NCBI GenBank assembly: GCA_964016885.1
Contig: OZ024744.1
Location: 116,498,001 to 116,562,000, forward strand
From: Eledone cirrhosa
Taxonomy: Eukaryota
Length of the DNA: 64,000 nucleotides
Direction of reading: 5' to 3'
Part shown: positions 25,101 through 40,100 of the stretch, piece after piece
How the letters are laid out: every line of letters begins with the position of its first letter
Numbering within the stretch: position 1 is the first letter of the stretch
Notes under the pieces: generated by a model
The model's input: the letters and a program-made list of their open reading frames with translations, nothing else
What the model was told of the DNA's origin: nothing
Database searches by the model: none
Program-made: the position numbers and the translations under genes

Positions 25101-28100
25101 GACTGACACCAGTAAAACAGTAATGATGTTGATATGGTAGACTATATCAAGGTAGCGCCCCAGTATGGCCACAGTCCAATGAATGACACCAGTAAAACAG
25201 TAGTGAGGTTGATATGGTAGACTATATCAAGGTAGCGCCCCAGTATGGCCACAGTCTAATGACTGACACCAGTGAAACAGAAGTGAGATTGATATGGTAG
25301 ACTATATCAAGCTAATGCCCCAGTATGGCCACAGTCTAATGACTGACACCAGTAAAACAGTACTGAGATTAATATGGTAGACTATATCAAGGTAGTGCCC
25401 CAGTATTGCCACAGTCTGACACCAGTAAAACAGTACTGAGGTTGATATAGTAGATTATATCAAGGTAGTGCCCCAGTATGGCCACAGTCTAATGACTGAT
25501 ATCAGTAAAGCAGTAGTGAGGTTGATATGGTAGATCATATCAAGGTAGTGCCTCAGTATGGCCACAGTCTAATGACTGACATCAGTAAAGCAGTAGTGAG
25601 GTTGATATGGTAGTCTATATCAAGGTAGTGCCCCAGTATGGCCACAGTCTAATGAATGACATCAGTAAAGGAGTAGTGAGGTTGATATGGTAGACTGTAA
25701 CAAGGTAGTGCCCCAGTATGGCCGCAGTCTAGTGACTGACACCAGTAAAACAGTACTGAGGTTGATATAGTAGACTATATCAAGGCAGTGCCCCAGTATG
25801 GCCACAGTCTAATGAATGACATCAGTAAAGGAGTAGTGAGGTTGATATGGTAGACAATACCAATGTAGTGCCCCAGTATGGCCACAGTCTAATGACTGAC
25901 ACCAGTAAAACAGTACTGAAGTTGATATGGTAGACTATATCAAGGTAGTGCCCCAGTATGGCCACAGTCTAATGACTGACATCAGTAAAACAGTACTGAG
26001 GTTGATATGGTAGACTGTATCAAGGTAGTACCCCAGTATGGCCACAGTCTAATGACTGACACCTGTAAAACTGTACTGAGGTTGATATGGTAGACTATAT
26101 CAAGGTAGTGCCCCATTATGGCCACAGTCTAATGACTGACACCAGTAAAACAGTACTGAGGTTGATATGGTAGACTATATCAAGGTAGTGCCCCAGTATG
26201 GCCACAGTCTAATGACTGACACCAGTAAAACAGTAGTGAGGTTGATATGGTAGTCTATATCAAGGTAGTGCCCCAGTAAGATCACAGTCTAATGACTGCC
26301 ACCAGTAAATTAGTACTGAGGTTGATATAGTAGATTATATCAAGGTAGTACCCCAGTATGGCCACAGTCTAATGACTGATATCAGTAAAGCAGTAGTGAG
26401 GTTGATACGGTAGACTATATCAAGGTAGTGCCCCAGTATGGCCACAGTCTAATGACTGACATCAGTAAAACAGTACTTAGGTTGATATGGTAGACTGTAT
26501 CAAGGTAGTGCCCCAGTATGGCCACAGTCTAATGACTGACATCAGTAAAACAGTAGTGAGATTGATATGGTAGACTATATCAAGGTAATGCCCCAGTATG
26601 GCCACAGTCTAATGACTGACACCAGTAAAACAGTACTGAGATTAATATGGTAGACTATATCATGGTAGTGCCCCAGTATTGCCACAGTCTAATGACTGAC
26701 ACCAGTAAAACAGTACTGAGGTTGATATAGTAGATTATATCAAGGTAGTACCCCAGTATGGCCACAGTCTAATGACTGATATCAGTAAAGCAGTAGAGAG
26801 GTTGATATGGTAGACTATATCATGGTAGTGCCCCAGTATTGCCACAGTCTAATGACTGACACCAGTAAAACAGTACTGAGGTTGATATGGTAGATTATAT
26901 CAAGGTAGTGCCTCAGTATGGCCACAGTCTAATGACTGACATCAGTAAATCAGTAGTGAGGTTGATATGGTAGTCTATATCAAGGTAGTGCCCCGGTATA
27001 GCCACAGTCTAGTGACTGCCACCAGTAAAACAGTAGTGAGGTTGATATGGTAGACTATATCAAGGTAGTACCCCAGTATGGCACAGTCTAATGACTGACA
27101 ACAGTAAAACAGTACTAAGGTTGATATGGTAGACTGTATCAAGGTAGTACCCCAATATGGCCACAGTCTAATGACTGACACCTGTAAAACAGTACTGAGG
27201 TTGATATGGTAGACTATATCAAGGTAGTGCCCCAGTATGGTCACAGTCTAATGACTGCCACCAGTAAAACAGTAGTGAGGTTGATATAGTAGATTATATC
27301 AAGGTAGTGCCGCAATATGGCCCCAGTCTAATGACTGACATCAGTAAAGCAGTAGTGATGTTGATATGGTAGACTATATCAAGGTAGTACCCCAGTATGG
27401 CCACAGTCTAATGACTGATATCAGTAAAGCAGTAGTGAGGTTGATATGGTATTCTATATCAAGGTAGTGCCCCAGTATGGCCACAGTCTAATGACTGACA
27501 CCAGTAAAACAGTACTGAGATTAATATGGTAGACTATATCAAGGTAGTGCCCCAGTATGGCCACAGTCTAATGACTGCCACCAGTAAAACAGTACTGAGG
27601 TTGATATGGTAGACTATATCAAGGTAGTGCCTCAGTATGGCCACAGTCTAATGACTGACACCAGTAAAACAGTAGTGAGGTTGATATAGTAGATTATATC
27701 AAGGTAGTGCCCCAATATGGCCCCAGTCTAATGACTGACATCAGTAAAGCAGTAGTGAGGTTGATATGGTAGACTATATCAAGGTAGTACCCCAGTATGG
27801 CCACAGTCTAATGACTGATATCAGTAAAGCAGTAGTGAGGTTGATATGGTATTCTATATCAAGGTAGTGCCCCAGTATGGCCACAGTCTAATGAATGACA
27901 TCAGTAAAGCAGTAGTGAGGTTGATATGGTAGACTATAACAATGTAGTGCCCCAGTATGGCCACACTCTAATGACTGACACCAGTAAAACAGTACTGAAG
28001 TTGATATGGTAGACTATATCAAGGTAGTGCCCCAGTATGGCCACAGTCTAATGACTGACACCAGTGAAACAGTACTGAGGTTGATATAGTAGACTATATC

Positions 28101-31100
28101 AAGGCAGTGCCCCAGTATGGCCACAGTCTAATGACTGACACCAGTAAAACAGTACTGAGGTTGATATGGTAGACTATATCAAGATAGTGCCTCAGTATGG
28201 CCACAGTCTAATGACTGACACCAGTAAAACAGTACTGAGGTTGATATGGTAGATTATATCAAGGTAGTGCCTCAGTATGGCCACAGTCTAATGACTGACA
28301 TCAGTAAAACAGTAGTGAGGTTGATATGGTAGTCTATATCAAGGTAGTGCCCCAGTATGGCCACAGTCTAATGACTGCCACCAGTAAAACAGTACTGAGT
28401 TTGATATGGTAGACTATATCAAGGTAGAGCCCCAGTATGGCCAAAATCTAATGACTGACACCAGTAAAACAGTACTGAGGTTGATATGGTAGACTATATC
28501 AAGGTAGTGCCCCAGTATGGCCACAGTCTAATGACTGCCACCAGTAAAAGAGTACTGAGGTTGATATAGTAGATTATATGAAAGGTAGTACCCCAGTATG
28601 GCCACAGTCTAATGACTGCCACCAGTAAAACAGTACTGAGGTTGATATGGTAGACTATATCAAGGTAGTGCACCAGTATGGCCACAGTCTAATGACTGAC
28701 ATCAGTAAAACAGTACTGAGGTTGATATGGTAGACTATATCAAGGTAGTGCCCCAGTATGGCCACAGTCTAATGACTGACATCAGTAAAACAGTACTGAG
28801 GTTGATATGGTAGACTATATCAAGGTAGTACCCCAGTATGGCCACAGTCTAATGACTGACACCAGTAAAACAGTACTGAGGTTGATATGGTAGACTATAT
28901 CAAGGTAGTGCACCAGTATGGCCACAGTCTAATGACTGACATCAGTAAAACAGTACTGAGGTTGATATGGTACACTATATCAAGGTAGTGCCCCAGTATG
29001 GCCACAGTCTAATGACTGAGACCAATAAAACAGTAGTGAGGTTGATATGGTAAACTATATCAAGGCAGTGCCCCAGTATGGCCACAGTCTAATGACTGAC
29101 ACCAGTAAAACAGTACTGAGGTTGATATGGTAGACTATATCAAGGTAGTGCCCCAGTAAGTTCACTGTCTAATGACTGCCACCAGTAAAACAGTACTGAG
29201 GTTGATAGAGTAGATTATATCAAGGTAGTACCCCAGTATGGCCACAGTCTAATGACTGATATCAGTGAAGTAGTAGTGAGGTTGACATGGTAGACTATAT
29301 CAAGGTAGTGCCCCAGTATGGCCACAGTCTAATGACTGACATCAGTAAAACAGTACTTAGATTGATATGGTAGACTATATCAAGGTAATGCCCTAGTATG
29401 GCCACAGTCTAATGACTGCCACCAGTAAAACAGTACTGAGGTTGATATGGTAGACTATATCAAGGTAGTGCCCCAGTATGGCCACAGTCTAATGACTGCC
29501 ACCAGTAAAACAGTACTGAGGTTGATATGTTAGACTATATCAAGGTAATGCCCCAGTATGGCCACAGTCTAATGACTGACACCAGTAAAACAGTACTGAG
29601 ATTAATATGGTAGACTATATCAAGGTAATGCCCTAGTATGGCCACAGTCTAATGACTGCCACCAGTAAAACAGTACTGAGGTTGATATGGTAGACTATAT
29701 CAAGGTAGTGCCCCAGTATGGCCACACTCTAATGACTGACACGAGTAAAACAGTAGTGAGGTTAATATGGTAGACTATATCAAGGTAGTGCCCCAGTATG
29801 GCCACACTCTAATGACTGACACGAGTAAAACAGTAGTGAGGTTAATATGGTAGACTATATCAAGGTAGTGCCCCAGTATGGCCACAGTCTAATGACTGAC
29901 ACCAGTAAAACAGTAGTGAGGTTGATATGGTAGACTATATCAAGGTTGTGCCCCGGTATGGCCACAGTCTAATGACTAACATCAGTAAAACAGTACTGAG
30001 GTTGATATGGTAGACTGTATCAAGGTAGTACCCCAGTATGGCCACAGTCTAGTGACTGACACCAGTAAAACTGAACCGAGGTTGATATGGTAGACTATAT
30101 CAAGGTAGTGCCCCAGTATGGCCACAGTCTAATGACTGACACCAGTAAAGCAGTAGTGAGGTTGATATAGTAGATTATATCAAGGTTGTACCCCAGTATG
30201 GCCACAGTCTAATGACTGATATCAGTAAAGCAGAAGTGAGGTTGATATGGTAGACTATATCAAGGTAGTGCCCCAGTATGGCCACAGTCTAATGACTGAC
30301 ACCAGTAAAACTGTACTGAGGTTGATATGGTAGTCTATATCAAGGTAGTGCCCCAGTATGGCCACAGTCTAATGACTGACACCAGTAAAACAGTAGTGAG
30401 GTTGATATGGTAGACTATATCAAGGTAGTGCCCAAGTATGGCCACAGTCTAATGACTGACATCAGTAAAACAGTACTGAGGTTGATATGGTAGACTGTAT
30501 CAAGGTAGTGCCCCAGTATGGCCACAGTCTAATGACTGACATCAGTAAAACAGTACTGAGGTTGATATGGTAGACTGTATCAAGGTAGTACCCCAGTATG
30601 GCCACAGTCTAATGACTGACACCAGTGAAACAGTAGTGAGGTTAATATGGTAGACTGTATCAAGGTAGTACCCCAGTATGGCCACAGTCTAATGACTGAC
30701 ACCAGTAAAACAGTAGTGAGGTTGATATGGTAGACTATATCAAGGTAGTGCCCCAGTATGGCCACAGTCTAATGACTGACACCAGTAAAACAGTACTGAG
30801 GTTGATATGGTAGACTATATCAAGGTAGTGCCCCAGTATGGCCACAGTCTAATGACTGACACCAGTAAAACAGTACTGAGGTTAATATGGAAGACTATAT
30901 GAAGGTAATGCCCCAGTATGGCCACAGTCTAATGACTGACACCAGTAAAACAGTACTGAGGTTGATATGGTAGACTCTATCAAGGTAGTGCCCAGTATGG
31001 CCACAGTCTAATGACTGACACCAGTAAAACAGTAATGATGTTGATATGGTAGACTATATCAAGGTAGCGCCCCAGTATGGCCACAGTCCAATGAATGACA

Positions 31101-34100
31101 CCAGTAAAACAGTAGTGAGGTTGATATGGTAGACTATATCAAGGTAGCGCCCCAGTATGGCCACAGTCTAATGACTGACACCAGTGAAACAGAAGTGAGA
31201 TTGATATGGTAGACTATATCAAGGTAGCGCCCCAGTATGGCCACAGTCTAATGACTGACACCAGTAAAACAGTAGTGAGGTTGATATGGTAGACTATAAC
31301 AAGGTATTGCCCCAGTATGGCCACAGTCTAGTGACTGACACCAGTAAAACAGTACTGAGGTTGATATGGTAGACTATATCAAGGTAGTGCCCCAGTATGG
31401 CCACAGTCCAATGACTGACACCAGTAAAACAGTAGTGAGGTTGATATGGTAGACTATATCAAGGTAGTGCCCCAGTATAGCCACAGTCTAATGACTGACA
31501 GCAGTAAAACAGTAGTGAGGTTGATATGGTAAACTATATCAAGGCAGTGCCCAGTATGGCCACAGTCTAATGACTGACACCAGTAAAACAGTACTGAGGT
31601 TGATATGGTAGACTATATCAAGGTAGTGCCCCAGTATGGGCACACTCTTATGACTTGACACCAGTAAAACAGTACTGAAGTTGATATTGTAGACTATACC
31701 AAGGTAGTGCCCCTGTATGGCCCCAGTCTAATGACTGACACCAGTAAAACAGTACTGAGGTTTTTATGTTAAACTATATCAAGATAGTGCCACAGTATGG
31801 CCACAGTCTAATGACTGACATCAGTAAAACAGTACTGAGGTTGATATGGTAGACTGTATCAAGGTAGTACCCCAGTATGGCCACAGTCTAATGACTGACA
31901 TCAGTAAAACAGTACTGAGCTTGATATAGTAGACTGTATCAAGGTAGTACCCCAGTATGGCCACAGTCTAATGACTGACACCAGTGAAACAGTAGTGAGG
32001 TTAATATGGTAGACTGTATCAAGGTAGTACCCCAGTATGGCCACAGTCTAATGACTGACACCAGTAAAACAGTAGTGAGGTTGATATGGTAGACTATATC
32101 AAGGTAGTGCCCCAGTATGGCCACAGTCTAATGACTGACACCAGTAAAACAGTAGTGAGGTTGATATGGTAGTCTATATCAAGGTAGTGCCCCAGTAAGA
32201 TCACAGTCTAATGACTGCCACCAGTAAATTAGTACTGAGGTTGATATAGTAGATTATATCAAGGTAGTACCCCAGTATGGCCACAGTCTAATGACTGATA
32301 TCAGTAAAGCAGTAGTGAGGTTGATACGGTAGACTATATCAAGGTAGTGCCCCAGTATGGCCACAGTCTAATGACTGACATCAGTAAAACAGTACTTAGG
32401 TTGATATGGTAGACTGTATCAAGGTAGTGCCCCAGTATGGCCACAGTCTAATGACTGACATCAGTAAAACAGTAGTGAGATTGATATGGTAGACTATATC
32501 AAGGTAATGCCCCAGTATGGCCACAGTCTAATGACTGACACCAGTAAAACAGTACTGAGATTAATATGGTAGACTATATCATGGTAGTGCCCCAGTATTG
32601 CCACAGTCTAATGACTGACACCAGTAAAACAGTACTGAGGTTGATATAGTAGATTATATCAAGGTAGTACCCCAGTATGGCCACAGTCTAATGACTGATA
32701 TCAGTAAAGCAGTAGAGAGGTTGATATGGTAGACTATATCATGGTAGTGCCCCAGTATTGCCACAGTCTAATGACTGACACCAGTAAAACAGTACTGAGG
32801 TTGATATGGTAGATTATATCAAGGTAGTGCCTCAGTATGGCCACAGTCTAATGACTGACATCAGTAAATCAGTAGTGAGGTTGATATGGTAGTCTATATC
32901 AAGGTAGTGCCCCGGTATAGCCACAGTCTAGTGACTGCCACCAGTAAAACAGTAGTGAGGTTGATATGGTAGACTATATCAAGGTAGTACCCCAGTATGG
33001 CACAGTCTAATGACTGACAACAGTAAAACAGTACTAAGGTTGATATGGTAGACTGTATCAAGGTAGTACCCCAATATGGCCACAGTCTAATGACTGACAC
33101 CAGTAAAACAGTAGTGAGGTTGATATGGTAGACTATATCAAGGTAGTGCCCCAGTATGGCCACAGTCTAATGACTGACACCAGTAAAACAGTAGTGAGGT
33201 TGATATGGTAGTCTATATCAAGGTAGTGCCCCAGTAAGATCACAGTCTAATGACTGCCACCAGTAAATTAGTACTGAGGTTGATATAGTAGATTATATCA
33301 AGGTAGTACCCCAGTATGGCCACAGTCTAATGACTGATATCAGTAAAGCAGTAGTGAGGTTGATACGGTAGACTATATCAAGGTAGTGCCCCAGTATGGC
33401 CACAGTCTAATGACTGACATCAGTAAAACAGTACTTAGGTTGATATGGTAGACTGTATCAAGGTAGTGCCCCAGTATGGCCACAGTCTAATGACTGACAT
33501 CAGTAAAACAGTAGTGAGATTGATATGGTAGACTATATCAAGGTAATGCCCCAGTATGGCCACAGTCTAATGACTGACACCAGTAAAACAGTACTGAGAT
33601 TAATATGGTAGACTATATCATGGTAGTGCCCCAGTATTGCCACAGTCTAATGACTGACACCAGTAAAACAGTACTGAGGTTGATATAGTAGATTATATCA
33701 AGGTAGTACCCCAGTATGGCCACAGTCTAATGACTGATATCAGTAAAGCAGTAGAGAGGTTGATATGGTAGACTATATCATGGTAGTGCCCCAGTATTGC
33801 CACAGTCTAATGACTGACACCAGTAAAACAGTACTGAGGTTGATATGGTAGATTATATCAAGGTAGTGCCTCAGTATGGCCACAGTCTAATGACTGACAT
33901 CAGTAAATCAGTAGTGAGGTTGATATGGTAGTCTATATCAAGGTAGTGCCCCGGTATAGCCACAGTCTAGTGACTGCCACCAGTAAAACAGTAGTGAGGT
34001 TGATATGGTAGACTATATCAAGGTAGTACCCCAGTATGGCACAGTCTAATGACTGACAACAGTAAAACAGTACTAAGGTTGATATGGTAGACTGTATCAA

Positions 34101-37100
34101 GGTAGTACCCCAATATGGCCACAGTCTAATGACTGACACCTGTAAAACAGTACTGAGGTTGATATGGTAGACTATATCAAGGTAGTGCCCCAGTATGGTC
34201 ACAGTCTAATGACTGCCACCAGTAAAACAGTAGTGAGGTTGATATAGTAGATTATATCAAGGTAGTGCCGCAATATGGCCCCAGTCTAATGACTGACATC
34301 AGTAAAGCAGTAGTGATGTTGATATGGTAGACTATATCAAGGTAGTACCCCAGTATGGCCACAGTCTAATGACTGATATCAGTAAAGCAGTAGTGAGGTT
34401 GATATGGTATTCTATATCAAGGTAGTGCCCCAGTATGGCCACAGTCTAATGACTGACACCAGTAAAACAGTACTGAGATTAATATGGTAGACTATATCAA
34501 GGTAGTGCCCCAGTATGGCCACAGTCTAATGACTGCCACCAGTAAAACAGTACTGAGGTTGATATGGTAGACTATATCAAGGTAGTGCCTCAGTATGGCC
34601 ACAGTCTAATGACTGACACCAGTAAAACAGTAGTGAGGTTGATATAGTAGATTATATCAAGGTAGTGCCCCAATATGGCCCCAGTCTAATGACTGACATC
34701 AGTAAAGCAGTAGTGAGGTTGATATGGTAGACTATATCAAGGTAGTACCCCAGTATGGCCACAGTCTAATGACTGATATCAGTAAAGCAGTAGTGAGGTT
34801 GATATGGTATTCTATATCAAGGTAGTGCCCCAGTATGGCCACAGTCTAATGAATGACATCAGTAAAGCAGTAGTGAGGTTGATATGGTAGACTATAACAA
34901 TGTAGTGCCCCAGTATGGCCACACTCTAATGACTGACACCAGTAAAACAGTACTGAAGTTGATATGGTAGACTATATCAAGGTAGTGCCCCAGTATGGCC
35001 ACAGTCTAATGACTGACACCAGTGAAACAGTACTGAGGTTGATATAGTAGACTATATCAAGGCAGTGCCCCAGTATGGCCACAGTCTAATGACTGACACC
35101 AGTAAAACAGTACTGAGGTTGATATGGTAGACTATATCAAGATAGTGCCTCAGTATGGCCACAGTCTAATGACTGACACCAGTAAAACAGTACTGAGGTT
35201 GATATGGTAGATTATATCAAGGTAGTGCCTCAGTATGGCCACAGTCTAATGACTGACATCAGTAAAACAGTAGTGAGGTTGATATGGTAGTCTATATCAA
35301 GGTAGTGCCCCAGTATGGCCACAGTCTAATGACTGCCACCAGTAAAACAGTACTGAGTTTGATATGGTAGACTATATCAAGGTAGAGCCCCAGTATGGCC
35401 AAAATCTAATGACTGACACCAGTAAAACAGTACTGAGGTTGATATGGTAGACTATATCAAGGTAGTGCCCCAGTATGGCCACAGTCTAATGACTGCCACC
35501 AGTAAAAGAGTACTGAGGTTGATATAGTAGATTATATGAAAGGTAGTACCCCAGTATGGCCACAGTCTAATGACTGCCACCAGTAAAACAGTACTGAGGT
35601 TGATATGGTAGACTATATCAAGGTAGTGCACCAGTATGGCCACAGTCTAATGACTGACATCAGTAAAACAGTACTGAGGTTGATATGGTAGACTATATCA
35701 AGGTAGTGCCCCAGTATGGCCACAGTCTAATGACTGACATCAGTAAAACAGTACTGAGGTTGATATGGTAGACTATATCAAGGTAGTACCCCAGTATGGC
35801 CACAGTCTAATGACTGACACCAGTAAAACAGTACTGAGGTTGATATGGTAGACTATATCAAGGTAGTGCACCAGTATGGCCACAGTCTAATGACTGACAT
35901 CAGTAAAACAGTACTGAGGTTGATATGGTACACTATATCAAGGTAGTGCCCCAGTATGGCCACAGTCTAATGACTGAGACCAATAAAACAGTAGTGAGGT
36001 TGATATGGTAAACTATATCAAGGCAGTGCCCCAGTATGGCCACAGTCTAATGACTGACACCAGTAAAACAGTACTGAGGTTGATATGGTAGACTATATCA
36101 AGGTAGTGCCCCAGTAAGTTCACTGTCTAATGACTGCCACCAGTAAAACAGTACTGAGGTTGATAGAGTAGATTATATCAAGGTAGTACCCCAGTATGGC
36201 CACAGTCTAATGACTGATATCAGTGAAGTAGTAGTGAGGTTGACATGGTAGACTATATCAAGGTAGTGCCCCAGTATGGCCACAGTCTAATGACTGACAT
36301 CAGTAAAACAGTACTTAGATTGATATGGTAGACTATATCAAGGTAATGCCCTAGTATGGCCACAGTCTAATGACTGCCACCAGTAAAACAGTACTGAGGT
36401 TGATATGGTAGACTATATCAAGGTAGTGCCCCAGTATGGCCACAGTCTAATGACTGCCACCAGTAAAACAGTACTGAGGTTGATATGTTAGACTATATCA
36501 AGGTAATGCCCCAGTATGGCCACAGTCTAATGACTGACACCAGTAAAACAGTACTGAGATTAATATGGTAGACTATATCAAGGTAATGCCCTAGTATGGC
36601 CACAGTCTAATGACTGCCACCAGTAAAACAGTACTGAGGTTGATATGGTAGACTATATCAAGGTAGTGCCCCAGTATGGCCACACTCTAATGACTGACAC
36701 GAGTAAAACAGTAGTGAGGTTAATATGGTAGACTATATCAAGGTAGTGCCCCAGTATGGCCACACTCTAATGACTGACACGAGTAAAACAGTAGTGAGGT
36801 TAATATGGTAGACTATATCAAGGTAGTGCCCCAGTATGGCCACAGTCTAATGACTGACACCAGTAAAACAGTAGTGAGGTTGATATGGTAGACTATATCA
36901 AGGTTGTGCCCCGGTATGGCCACAGTCTAATGACTAACATCAGTAAAACAGTACTGAGGTTGATATGGTAGACTGTATCAAGGTAGTACCCCAGTATGGC
37001 CACAGTCTAGTGACTGACACCAGTAAAACTGAACCGAGGTTGATATGGTAGACTATATCAAGGTAGTGCCCCAGTATGGCCACAGTCTAATGACTGACAC

Positions 37101-40100
37101 CAGTAAAGCAGTAGTGAGGTTGATATAGTAGATTATATCAAGGTTGTACCCCAGTATGGCCACAGTCTAATGACTGATATCAGTAAAGCAGAAGTGAGGT
37201 TGATATGGTAGACTATATCAAGGTAGTGCCCCAGTATGGCCACAGTCTAATGACTGACACCAGTAAAACTGTACTGAGGTTGATATGGTAGTCTATATCA
37301 AGGTAGTGCCCCAGTATGGCCACAGTCTAATGACTGACACCAGTAAAACAGTAGTGAGGTTGATATGGTAGACTATATCAAGGTAGTGCCCAAGTATGGC
37401 CACAGTCTAATGACTGACATCAGTAAAACAGTACTGAGGTTGATATGGTAGACTGTATCAAGGTAGTGCCCCAGTATGGCCACAGTCTAATGACTGACAT
37501 CAGTAAAACAGTACTGAGGTTGATATGGTAGACTGTATCAAGGTAGTACCCCAGTATGGCCACAGTCTAATGACTGACACCAGTGAAACAGTAGTGAGGT
37601 TAATATGGTAGACTGTATCAAGGTAGTACCCCAGTATGGCCACAGTCTAATGACTGACACCAGTAAAACAGTAGTGAGGTTGATATGGTAGACTATATCA
37701 AGGTAGTGCCCCAGTATGGCCACAGTCTAATGACTGACACCAGTAAAACAGTACTGAGGTTGATATGGTAGACTATATCAAGGTAGTGCCCCAGTATGGC
37801 CACAGTCTAATGACTGACACCAGTAAAACAGTACTGAGGTTAATATGGAAGACTATATGAAGGTAATGCCCCAGTATGGCCACAGTCTAATGACTGACAC
37901 CAGTAAAACAGTACTGAGGTTGATATGGTAGACTCTATCAAGGTAGTGCCCAGTATGGCCACAGTCTAATGACTGACACCAGTAAAACAGTAATGATGTT
38001 GATATGGTAGACTATATCAAGGTAGCGCCCCAGTATGGCCACAGTCCAATGAATGACACCAGTAAAACAGTAGTGAGGTTGATATGGTAGACTATATCAA
38101 GGTAGCGCCCCAGTATGGCCACAGTCTAATGACTGACACCAGTGAAACAGAAGTGAGATTGATATGGTAGACTATATCAAGGTAGCGCCCCAGTATGGCC
38201 ACAGTCTAATGACTGACACCAGTAAAACAGTAGTGAGGTTGATATGGTAGACTATAACAAGGTATTGCCCCAGTATGGCCACAGTCTAGTGACTGACACC
38301 AGTAAAACAGTACTGAGGTTGATATGGTAGACTATATCAAGGTAGTGCCCCAGTATGGCCACAGTCCAATGACTGACACCAGTAAAACAGTAGTGAGGTT
38401 GATATGGTAGACTATATCAAGGTAGTGCCCCAGTATAGCCACAGTCTAATGACTGACAGCAGTAAAACAGTAGTGAGGTTGATATGGTAAACTATATCAA
38501 GGCAGTGCCCAGTATGGCCACAGTCTAATGACTGACACCAGTAAAACAGTACTGAGGTTGATATGGTAGACTATATCAAGGTAGTGCCCCAGTATGGGCA
38601 CACTCTTATGACTTGACACCAGTAAAACAGTACTGAAGTTGATATTGTAGACTATACCAAGGTAGTGCCCCTGTATGGCCCCAGTCTAATGACTGACACC
38701 AGTAAAACAGTACTGAGGTTTTTATGTTAAACTATATCAAGATAGTGCCACAGTATGGCCACAGTCTAATGACTGACATCAGTAAAACAGTACTGAGGTT
38801 GATATGGTAGACTGTATCAAGGTAGTACCCCAGTATGGCCACAGTCTAATGACTGACATCAGTAAAACAGTACTGAGCTTGATATAGTAGACTGTATCAA
38901 GGTAGTACCCCAGTATGGCCACAGTCTAATGACTGACACCAGTGAAACAGTAGTGAGGTTAATATGGTAGACTGTATCAAGGTAGTACCCCAGTATGGCC
39001 ACAGTCTAATGACTGACACCAGTAAAACAGTAGTGAGGTTGATATGGTAGACTATATCAAGGTAGTGCCCCAGTATGGCCACAGTCTAATGACTGACACC
39101 AGTAAAACAGTACTGAGGTTGATATGGTAGACTATATCAAGGTAGTGCCCCAGTATGGCCACAGTCTAATGACTGACACCAGTAAAACAGTACTGAGGTT
39201 AATATGGAAGACTATATGAAGGTAATGCCCCAGTATGGCCACAGTCTAATGACTGACACCAGTAAAACAGTACTGAGGTTGATATGGTAGACTCTATCAA
39301 GGTAGTGCCCCAGTATGGCCACAGTCTAATGACTGACACCAGTAAAACAGTAATGATGTTGATATGGTAGACTATATCAAGGTAGCGCCCCAGTATGGCC
39401 ACAGTCCAATGAATGACACCAGTAAAACAGTAGTGAGGTTGATATGGTAGACTATATCAAGGTAGCGCCCCAGTATGGCCACAGTCTAATGACTGACACC
39501 AGTGAAACAGAAGTGAGATTGATATGGTAGACTATATCAAGGTAGCGCCCCAGTATGGCCACAGTCTAATGACTGACACCAGTAAAACAGTAGTGAGGTT
39601 GATATGGTAGACTATAACAAGGTATTGCCCCAGTATGGCCACAGTCTAGTGACTGACACCAGTAAAACAGTACTGAGGTTGATATGGTAGACTATATCAA
39701 GGTAGTGCCCCAGTATGGCCACAGTCCAATGACTGACACCAGTAAAACAGTAGTGAGGTTGATATGGTAGACTATATCAAGGTAGTGCCCCAGTATAGCC
39801 ACAGTCTAATGACTGACAGCAGTAAAACAGTAGTGAGGTTGATATGGTAAACTATATCAAGGCAGTGCCCAGTATGGCCACAGTCTAATGACTGACACCA
39901 GTAAAACAGTACTGAGGTTGATATGGTAGACTATATCAAGGTAGTGCCCCAGTATGGGCACACTCTTATGACTTGACACCAGTAAAACAGTACTGAAGTT
40001 GATATTGTAGACTATACCAAGGTAGTGCCCCTGTATGGCCCCAGTCTAATGACTGACACCAGTAAAACAGTACTGAGGTTGATATGGTAGACTGTATCAA

